38,707 nucleotides of DNA from contig JBJSXZ010000152.1 of NCBI GenBank assembly GCA_046086645.1, positions 1 to 38,707 on the forward strand, read 5' to 3'. The position numbers and the translations under genes were made by a program. The DNA is from Candidatus Limnocylindrus sp. (GTDB lineage: Bacteria; Chloroflexota; Limnocylindria; Limnocylindrales; Limnocylindraceae). Shown here one piece after another: positions 27,304-33,571 of the stretch. The notes under the pieces are model-generated. The model had not been told where the DNA came from. It saw only the letters and a list, made by a program, of their open reading frames with translations, and did not search any database. Each line of letters starts with the position of its first letter. The first letter of the stretch is position 1.

Positions 27304-28653
27304 CTAGGACCCCTTGCTCCCCTTGGGCTTCGGACGTGTGGCAGGCTTCTTGAGTGCGACCTTTGCGGTCGGCTTGACCGGACGCTTTGTCGCTGGCTTA
27401 GCCACTGAACGTCCTGCCGGCTTCGCGCCGCGCGCACGTCCACGTGAGACCGGAGCATCTTTGCCTGAAAGCGCAGGCGCATCGGTCGCCGATCGGCCGG
27501 TTGCCTGCAGCTGCGTGCGCAAGAGCGCTGCAACCTCTGGTGACACGTCGCTGATCTCATCACCACCGCGGAGCGATACATTGCGCTGCGAGCGAGCAAC
27601 CTCATCTGCGATGCGCGATGGACCCAAGCCGAGCTCGCGACGCCCTGTGCTGTTCACGCTGCGCCTTCCGCCGGATCGGTCTCCTGAACCAAGATACTCA
27701 GGAACGCCACCCGGAACCGCGTCGAGGTCGCGTAGTGTCATCACTTCAATCTCGTCGCCATCGGCGTCAACGCCGCCGCCCTGTAGGTATCCGGGCTCGC
27801 CTGAGAGACCGCGTCCGCGACGGCCGCGTCCACCGCGACGGCGGCGACGGCGACGGCCGTCATCATCTGTTTCACCCACCTCACGCGGCCGCGCAATTGC
27901 GGCGGCAGCAATATCGCTCGGATCAAGGTCGTCGAGGGTGAATGTCTCGATGGAGTCGGCATCGAGCACCGTGCTGCCAACACGAATCGTTGAGCTGCGC
28001 ACGCGCTCCTCTGCCGCACGTGGCGCGGCGCCACGTCGCGGTCGCACACCACGCTCTGGTCGCTCAGGTACGCCGCGTCGTGCGCGCATTGGCGCTTCCG
28101 ACTGCTTGTCGGGAACCTCAGTCATTGAAAGGTCTTCCTCGCCCTCTGCGGCGACACGGCGACCACTGCGGGCCCCCGCCTCAACCTTGGCGATCGAGGT
28201 GATCTCGATGAACTGATCGGCGACCTCAACGAGGTCACTGCTCGTGTTGGCGCGGAAGCTCACCACCTCGACGCGAATGCCCATATCTTGCACGGCGCGA
28301 ATTGCCGGAGCGAAGTCTCCGTCGCCGGAGATAACGACGGCGATATCAAGCTTTGGTGCAAGGCGCACGAGATCGACCACGAGCTCGATGTCGAGGTTCG
28401 CCTTGAATCGTCCGTCGCCATACTTGCGCACATCCTTAGAGACAACCTTGTAGTTGTTGCGTGCAAGGAAGTTGTGGAATGCCTTCTGGTTCTCGTTGTC
28501 TGGGTCAAGCCCGGTATAGGCGTATGCGCGAACAAGGTCGCGGTTCGCCGTCAAGGTCTTGAGGAGCGTCACGTAGTCGATATCGACCCCGGCGGCCTTT
28601 GCTGCGTAAAACACATTTGCTACGTCGACAAATATTGCGATGTTGCGTGCCAT
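27304..28653 (-). CDS. NYN-domain (LabA/DUF88-like) putative ribonuclease with a long Arg/Gly-rich and AKP-rich tail
   Basis: N-terminal 160 aa: IAIFVDVANVFY...DIELVVD...VVISGDGDFAPAI...VEVVSF, the NYN/PIN-like acidic pattern. The remaining ~290 aa are low complexity (RRRRRRRGGRGRRGRG; KPATKRPVKPTAKVALKKPATRPKPKG). Confidence 0.85.
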   Translation of the reverse strand: MARNIAIFVDVANVFYAAKAAGVDIDYVTLLKTLTANRDLVRAYAYTGLDPDNENQKAFHNFLARNNYKVVSKDVRKYGDGRFKANLDIELVVDLVRLAPKLDIAVVISGDGDFAPAIRAVQDMGIRVEVVSFRANTSSDLVEVADQFIEITSIAKVEAGARSGRRVAAEGEEDLSMTEVPDKQSEAPMRARRGVPERPERGVRPRRGAAPRAAEERVRSSTIRVGSTVLDADSIETFTLDDLDPSDIAAAAIARPREVGETDDDGRRRRRRRGGRGRRGRGLSGEPGYLQGGGVDADGDEIEVMTLRDLDAVPGGVPEYLGSGDRSGGRRSVNSTGRRELGLGPSRIADEVARSQRNVSLRGGDEISDVSPEVAALLRTQLQATGRSATDAPALSGKDAPVSRGRARGAKPAGRSVAKPATKRPVKPTAKVALKKPATRPKPKGSKGS

Positions 28654-28786
28654 AAATTTGGTACCTCTGGTTTCTTGTAGTCATTGATGTGGCATGCGCT
28701 GCTACGACGGGGCTGGCGCCGGTATCGGCTGCCTGCCCGCGCGTCGGAGCGCACGGCTACACCTGCCCACCCTAGCAGAGGGGGCT

Positions 28787-28802
28787 CGCCCGACAGGATT
28801 CG
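28787..28802 (-). repeat. 16-nt inverted copy of the tRNA-Arg 3' region (CGAATCCTGTCGGGCG)
   Basis: The reverse complement of 28787-28802 is identical to 23019-23034 (T-loop to acceptor stem of tRNA-Arg). It is not part of an intact tRNA, because the upstream half of the T-arm is absent. Confidence 0.6.
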
Positions 28803-28829
28803 TGCGTAAACGGCGCTTGTTGGGTTGTT

Positions 28830-29300
28830 TTAGCGATCGTTCCGCGCGTCGACGATCTGTGCGGCGCCAGCGATCCAGACGCCGAGGCCAACCAGGGTGA
28901 CCCACAGGCCAGGTGCCGTGTTGAGGCCGAAGACCGCTGAAAGCGGGAGGTCGTTACCGGTAGCGGTGACAGCTGCCTCGCCCGCAGCTAGGAGGAATGC
29001 GCACGTTGCACTACATACGAGCACGAGATGGGTCGGCCACCAGTCAATCCTCAGCGGTTCGCCAACCGCCTCTGGCGCGATGATCACCGCGAGAACTGCA
29101 AGTGCAGCGAAGAAGCCAACAAATCCTGGCGAGTCGAATGCGTTGCCAATCTCTGGTGCAAGCCCGCTACCACTGATCGTCCACCATGCCGGAAGCGCGC
29201 CGAGCACCACGATAACTGCACCAGCTGCACTCAAACCGCGACCATTGCTCCGCCGAAAGAGGCTTGCCGATGAGGATTGAACGTTGCCGAGTGGTTTCAT
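28830..29300 (-). CDS. hypothetical integral membrane protein
   Basis: ORF 28830..29315 trimmed to MKPLGNV, 1 nt after the hpt stop. It has about 4 TM segments and no recognisable family. Confidence 0.5.
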   Translation of the reverse strand: MKPLGNVQSSSASLFRRSNGRGLSAAGAVIVVLGALPAWWTISGSGLAPEIGNAFDSPGFVGFFAALAVLAVIIAPEAVGEPLRIDWWPTHLVLVCSATCAFLLAAGEAAVTATGNDLPLSAVFGLNTAPGLWVTLVGLGVWIAGAAQIVDARNDR

Positions 29301-29301
29301 C

Positions 29302-29880
29302 TCAGGCGCCTCCAATGATGGATGAATACAGTTCGCGCTTCAACACACCGACATAGCGAAGGTTGCGATAGTGCTCGCCGAAATCGAGGCCGTATCCAAC
29401 AACGAACTCGTCGGGGATCTCAAACCCTGTCCACGTGACGGGAATGTCAACCAGTCGTCGTGCTGGCTTGTTGAGTAACGTTGCAATGCGAACCGAGCGA
29501 GGATTTCTTCCTTCAAGGTAGGTGGTGAGGTAGCTGAGCGTGAGGCCAGTGTCGATAATGTCCTCGACGATCACCACGTTGCGACCCTCGATAGATCCCG
29601 ATAGATCTTTCAGGATGCGCACCTTGCCGCTGGACTCCGTGCTGCCACCACCGTACGACGAGACCTCCATCAGGTCGATCTCGACATTACGCGGTATGGC
29701 GCGCATGAGATCGGCAACAAACACGAGTGAGCCCTTCAGCACGCTGACAAGCACGATCGCTTCGCCTGCCGGGTATGCAGCGTGAATCTCGGCGCCGAGC
29801 TCGCGCACGCGCGCTGCGATCGCCTCTTCGGCGATTAGCACCGTTGCGATGTCGTCGTGCGGATCTGCGCTTGCCGTCAT
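29302..29880 (-). CDS. hpt: hypoxanthine phosphoribosyltransferase
   Basis: ORF 29302..29970 trimmed to MTASADPHDD. It has the PRPP-binding motif VVIVEDIIDTGLT and KGSLVFVADL. Confidence 0.95.
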   Translation of the reverse strand: MTASADPHDDIATVLIAEEAIAARVRELGAEIHAAYPAGEAIVLVSVLKGSLVFVADLMRAIPRNVEIDLMEVSSYGGGSTESSGKVRILKDLSGSIEGRNVVIVEDIIDTGLTLSYLTTYLEGRNPRSVRIATLLNKPARRLVDIPVTWTGFEIPDEFVVGYGLDFGEHYRNLRYVGVLKRELYSSIIGGA

Positions 29881-30016
29881 GCACGCTCCTGCTGCTTCCC
29901 CCGCGCCGCGTTGAGAACACGGCTCTCGTGCACGGATAATAGGGTGTGCGGCACCACCCACGCAGCCCACCCTTGCGCAACGCGCTCGGCGGCCTCCACC
30001 ACTGGCCGCAGATCGG

Positions 30017-30033
30017 ATACCCTCCAGGGGTAT
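30017..30033. promoter_or_regulatory. putative CsoR operator ATACCCT-CCA-GGGGTAT
   Basis: GC-rich pseudo-palindrome (6/7 arm match) of the TACCC...GGGTA type. It overlaps the csoR ATG (30032). Confidence 0.5.
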
Positions 30034-30361
30034 GGAGCCGCATCTGGGCCACAGCTACACCAAGGATCGGAAGATCCTCGTGAACCGCCTGCGCCGCCTT
30101 GAGGGTCAGGTTCGCGGGATTGCCCGCATGGTCGATCGCGAAGAGTATTGCGTTGACATCTTGCAGCAGACCGCCGCGCTTCGCGCCGCAGTTGATGCTC
30201 TCGGGCTCTTAATCCTTGAAGACCATGTTCGCGGCTGTGTGAAGAGCGCAATCGAAAAGGGTGACGCAGATACCTACGTAGAGGAGGTCCTCGACGTCGT
30301 TCGACGTTCGATGGGTCGCCCCGCACGCAATACGGCTCCGAAGACTGGGGCGAGCGACTGA
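30032..30361 (+). CDS. csoR: CsoR/RcnR-family metal-sensing repressor
   Basis: 109 aa with LVNRLRRLEGQVRGIARMV and a C-H-C ligand pattern (YCVDIL ... HVRGC), typical of Cu(I)-sensing CsoR. Confidence 0.85.
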   Translation: MEPHLGHSYTKDRKILVNRLRRLEGQVRGIARMVDREEYCVDILQQTAALRAAVDALGLLILEDHVRGCVKSAIEKGDADTYVEEVLDVVRRSMGRPARNTAPKTGASD

Positions 30362-30375
30362 CTACGAACGGGCGA

Positions 30376-31089
30376 CTGCCGCTGCCGACTGACCCAGCGG
30401 CACTTGCGCCAACAGAGGTCGAAACGCTCGAAGAACTTGCGCCGTTACTTGCTGCCGCAGGGCTCGCACCACTCAATGAGAGTGAGCGCGCGGTAGTTGC
30501 TGTCCACCTGCGACTCCTCGACGCGTGGAATCCTGCAATTAACCTTACGCGCATTACTGCACCGCGCGATCGTGCTGTGCGCCATCTGCTCGATGCCCTT
30601 GTTGCAGTACCACTGATCGAACCGCTCCTCCCTGCGCAAGGTGCGAAGATCGCCGACCTTGGATCGGGCGGTGGCTTTCCCGGCGTGCCACTCGCTGCAC
30701 GCCTCCTCACCGCGCACACTGACGCATCGCTTGACTTGATCGAGTCAATACAAAAAAAGGCGCACTTTCTCCAAACTGTTGCGAATGTGACTGGCTTCGG
30801 TTCACGGTTGCGCGTACAGGCCGCACGCGCAGAGGCACTCGGACATGCTGGTGGGCCACGCTACAACCTTGTTACCGCTCGCGCCGTTGCACCACTTGCC
30901 GATCTTTTGAAGCTTGCTCTACCGATTTTGGCGCCGGGCGGCCGCCTGATCGCGTGGAAGCGGAGCAGCAGGGAATGGGATGACGAATTGGCGCTCGCGC
31001 AATCGAAGCACCCATTTGCAACCTTCGACGTCCGAGTTGTGTCTGCGCAACATGGACCCGCTTCCCTCTTGGTCTTTTGTACTCGCTAA
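30376..31089 (+). CDS. rsmG: 16S rRNA (guanine527-N7)-methyltransferase, start codon unresolved
   Basis: ORF 30577..31089 has the SAM motif DLGSGGGFPGVPLA. The same frame is open from 30265 and encodes ...HLRLLDAWNPAINLTRITAPRDRAVRHLLDAL, the conserved RsmG N-terminal region, with no ATG/GTG/TTG. In-frame CTG codons lie at 30358, 30376 and 30382. Confidence 0.85.
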   Translation: MPLPTDPAALAPTEVETLEELAPLLAAAGLAPLNESERAVVAVHLRLLDAWNPAINLTRITAPRDRAVRHLLDALVAVPLIEPLLPAQGAKIADLGSGGGFPGVPLAARLLTAHTDASLDLIESIQKKAHFLQTVANVTGFGSRLRVQAARAEALGHAGGPRYNLVTARAVAPLADLLKLALPILAPGGRLIAWKRSSREWDDELALAQSKHPFATFDVRVVSAQHGPASLLVFCTR

Positions 31090-31166
31090 AGGTGAGTGAG
31101 CGGGGGCGGGTGTAAGATACAAAAGACGTAGTTCAGCGCTTGCTGCTGAGAAAGGCCCTCTCAGAA

Positions 31167-33164
31167 ATGGAAAAGAAAACTGGCGAAGGACACCACTGGC
31201 ACAACCACGTAACGGGTGAAGAACTTTTTGTTGAAAAAGATGCTGACCACCTCATTGCTTCAGAGGCTGGAAGTGAGCCAGTACACACATTTGAACGGCG
31301 GGCCTTGTCCGCTAAGCGCGTACTCTTTGGACGCCGACTCACCAATGCAGAGGAGGGTGAGCAGCGCTTAAGCAAGAAGCTTGCCTTGCCCATATTCTCT
31401 TCTGATGCGATCTCGTCGAGTGCGTACGCAAGCGAGGAGATCCTCATCGTCCTTGCCTCAGCAGGCTCTTCATACCTGGCTTTCGGGCCAGTAATTGCGC
31501 TAGCTGTCGGCCTTCTTCTTGGTGTCGTAGCGCTAAGTTACCGCCAGGTCTGCTTTGGCTTCCCGAAGGGGGGCGGGGCGTATGCGGTAGCACGGAGCAC
31601 GCTCGGAACGTGGCCTGCCTTGGTGGCTGCCGCGAGCCTTGTGATTGATTATGTGTTGACGGCAGCCGTCAGCACGGCCGCAGGGGTAGCCGCCATTACT
31701 TCAGCGGTCCCCGAACTTGCGCCTGTGAGACTCGAACTCGCGTTAGCTGCGCTCTTCGTTTTAGTGCTAGCAAATCTACGTGGACTGCGGGAGTCCGGTC
31801 GGCTTTTTGCGATCCCGACCTATTTCTTTATTGTTGGCGCGATCAGCGTCATAGGCGTTGGCCTGATCCGCATTGCGTTGGGTGATCCTGCCGTGAACTG
31901 GAGCCAGGGTGTAGAGATTATTCCGCATGACGGAATGCAACTCATCCTGCCGTTTCTGGTCTTGAAAGCATTCGCCTACGGCTCCGTTGCCCTCACTGGA
32001 ACCGAGGCAATTTCTGATGGGGTTGCCGCCTTTAAGGAACCTGAATCGAAGAACGCAGCAGACACGATGAGCATCATGTCGTTGTTGCTCGGCTCAATCT
32101 TTTTTGGCATTTCTCTGTTGGCATTTGCCTATGGAAAAGTGCCGCAAGAGGTCGGCGGCGAAACCTTGCTCTCACAGATTGCACGAACCTCGTTTGATGG
32201 CGGGGTCTTATACGCACTTTTCCAGATAGCAACGACTGGGATATTGCTGCTCGCAGCAAATACGGGGTTCAACGGTGGCCCGCAGCTTGCTCGAATCCTT
32301 GCTCGCGACGGATTCTTGCCAAAGCAGGTTGGGCAGCGAAGCGACCGCCTGGCATATGCGGGAGGGATTCTTGCCATCGCAATCGGCGCGGTGCTCTTCC
32401 TCCTCTTCACCGGCGCGCTCGTCACGCTGTTAATTCCTGCCTACGCAATTGGGGTATTCCTCGGTTTTACCATCAGTCAGACAGGTATGGTTCTACATTG
32501 GAAGAGAATTGGCGGACTGGGCTGGAAGAGCAAGGCGACGCTTAACGGAATCGGTGCCGCTGTCACCGGAATTGTGTTTATCATTATCTCAATTGCCAAG
32601 TTTGCAGTCGGCGGGTGGATTATTTTCATCCTCGTTCCAATCGTTGCGTTGTTCATGTATTTTGTTCGGCGACGATACGATATGCACGAACGCGAGCTCG
32701 CAATTCCGGCCGGAGTAATTTTTGATGCACCGCACCGGCCGAGGAGAATATTTGCTCCGTTTGGTGAAATCAACCGCTCGACGGTGCGCGCCATAACACT
32801 TGGGCGCCTCCTAGAAGGCTCAACGGGCGAGCTAATTGCACTAAGGGTTGTCTTCAGTGACGAGGAGGAGCGCACGGTTCGGGCTAAGTTTGAGTACCTT
32901 TTCCCTGGCGTACGGCTGGTTACAGTCGACTCTCCATTCCGTGCAATTGTGGAGCCGATCTGCCATTACCTTGACGAGATTGAAGAAGAGCCTCACGAGT
33001 CAGGCGTTCTGCCAATAAACGTCGTCATGATTCCTGAATATTCGGGGCGCCATTGGTGGGACCGAATCCTCCACAACGGAAATGGGAAGCATTTACGAGA
33101 GACCCTGATTGGGCGCAAAAACACGGTGATTCTCGATATCCCCTATCGCCGCGAACTGGAGTAA
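31167..33164 (+). CDS. APC-superfamily amino acid/cation permease with a C-terminal cytoplasmic domain
   Basis: ORF 31140..33164; ATG 31167 (MEKKTG) is preferred over TTG 31140. About 12 TM segments are followed by a ~170-aa soluble tail. The gene is noticeably more AT-rich than its neighbours. Confidence 0.85.
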   Translation: MEKKTGEGHHWHNHVTGEELFVEKDADHLIASEAGSEPVHTFERRALSAKRVLFGRRLTNAEEGEQRLSKKLALPIFSSDAISSSAYASEEILIVLASAGSSYLAFGPVIALAVGLLLGVVALSYRQVCFGFPKGGGAYAVARSTLGTWPALVAAASLVIDYVLTAAVSTAAGVAAITSAVPELAPVRLELALAALFVLVLANLRGLRESGRLFAIPTYFFIVGAISVIGVGLIRIALGDPAVNWSQGVEIIPHDGMQLILPFLVLKAFAYGSVALTGTEAISDGVAAFKEPESKNAADTMSIMSLLLGSIFFGISLLAFAYGKVPQEVGGETLLSQIARTSFDGGVLYALFQIATTGILLLAANTGFNGGPQLARILARDGFLPKQVGQRSDRLAYAGGILAIAIGAVLFLLFTGALVTLLIPAYAIGVFLGFTISQTGMVLHWKRIGGLGWKSKATLNGIGAAVTGIVFIIISIAKFAVGGWIIFILVPIVALFMYFVRRRYDMHERELAIPAGVIFDAPHRPRRIFAPFGEINRSTVRAITLGRLLEGSTGELIALRVVFSDEEERTVRAKFEYLFPGVRLVTVDSPFRAIVEPICHYLDEIEEEPHESGVLPINVVMIPEYSGRHWWDRILHNGNGKHLRETLIGRKNTVILDIPYRRELE

Positions 33165-33181
33165 GCCCTGCCAGTAGCCCC

Positions 33182-33224
33182 GTACATCTCTTGACAACAT
33201 CATTGATATGTTTCTAGGATGTAC
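33182..33224 (+). promoter_or_regulatory. hspR-lon promoter with nested inverted repeats
   Basis: TTGACA (33191-33196), an 18-nt spacer, TAGGAT (33215-33220), 6 nt, then ATG 33227. AACAT-N7-ATGTT (33196-33212) lies in the spacer, flanked by GTACATC (33182-33188) and GATGTAC (33218-33224). Confidence 0.5.
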
Positions 33225-33226
33225 GT

Positions 33227-33571
33227 ATGTTCAGGGTAGAAGGGGTCGTTGATCCAGCGCAGCCGGTCTACGTGATCAGCGTGGCTGCTGGCCTGCTCCA
33301 AGTTCATCCTCGAACCTTGCGCATCTACGAAGAGGAGGGGCTGATCTGCCCCTCGCGAACCGAGACGAACATTCGCCTCTTCTCCGCCAATGACCTTCGG
33401 CGAATCCTTTGGATCCGCCACTTGACCCAAGAGTTGGGCGTCAATCTTGCAGGAGTGAAGCTCCTCTTCGAACTTGAGGAGCGGTTGGGGGAGCGCATCC
33501 TCGAGCGACTCTATGAGGAGGGGCGCGATGAGCGAAGCGAAAAGGCGACAGCGAAAGGAGCACGACGATGA
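33227..33571 (+). CDS. hspR: MerR-family heat-shock repressor, HspR-like
   Basis: 114 aa. VYVISVAAGLLQVHPRTLRIYEEEGLICPSRTETNIRLFSANDLRRILWIRHL is the MerR/HspR HTH. ATGA overlap with lon. Confidence 0.8.
   Translation: MFRVEGVVDPAQPVYVISVAAGLLQVHPRTLRIYEEEGLICPSRTETNIRLFSANDLRRILWIRHLTQELGVNLAGVKLLFELEERLGERILERLYEEGRDERSEKATAKGARR

Noticed and set aside
27826-27855. Short tandem gcgacggcg-type repeat that might suggest a repeat array or CRISPR
   Set aside because: It is the antisense of the poly-Arg (RRRRRRR) codon run inside the NYN tail. It has no spacers and no repeat-spacer periodicity, so it is coding low complexity.
27314-28216. 300-aa ORF on the plus strand, Pro/Ser/Arg-rich
   Set aside because: It is entirely antisense to the NYN gene, low-complexity, and has no start context. 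This is a typical GC-rich shadow ORF. The same reasoning applies to 10051..10734, 35271..35873, 24213..25073, 25868..26596, 1153..1467, 1844..2200 and the other long antisense ORFs in the track.
23040-28786. Intact genomic island or prophage integrated at tRNA-Arg
   Set aside because: No integrase, excisionase or mobility gene is present. The repeat is inverted rather than direct. The essential replication gene holB lies inside the block. I kept it only as a possible inversion or decay scar.
28654-28829. Possible SRP RNA, 6S RNA or degenerate tRNA gene in the NYN upstream spacer
   Set aside because: It has no GGAAGCAGC-type SRP domain IV motif. The tRNA-like 16-mer lacks the 5' half of the T-arm (no GGTTCGA), and no cloverleaf can be drawn.
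33186-33215. Canonical HAIR element (CTTGAGT-N7-ACTCAAG) at the hspR promoter
   Set aside because: Only the left half (CTTGACA) matches 5/7, and it doubles as the -35. The right half does not match, so I report the different inverted repeat instead of calling a HAIR site.
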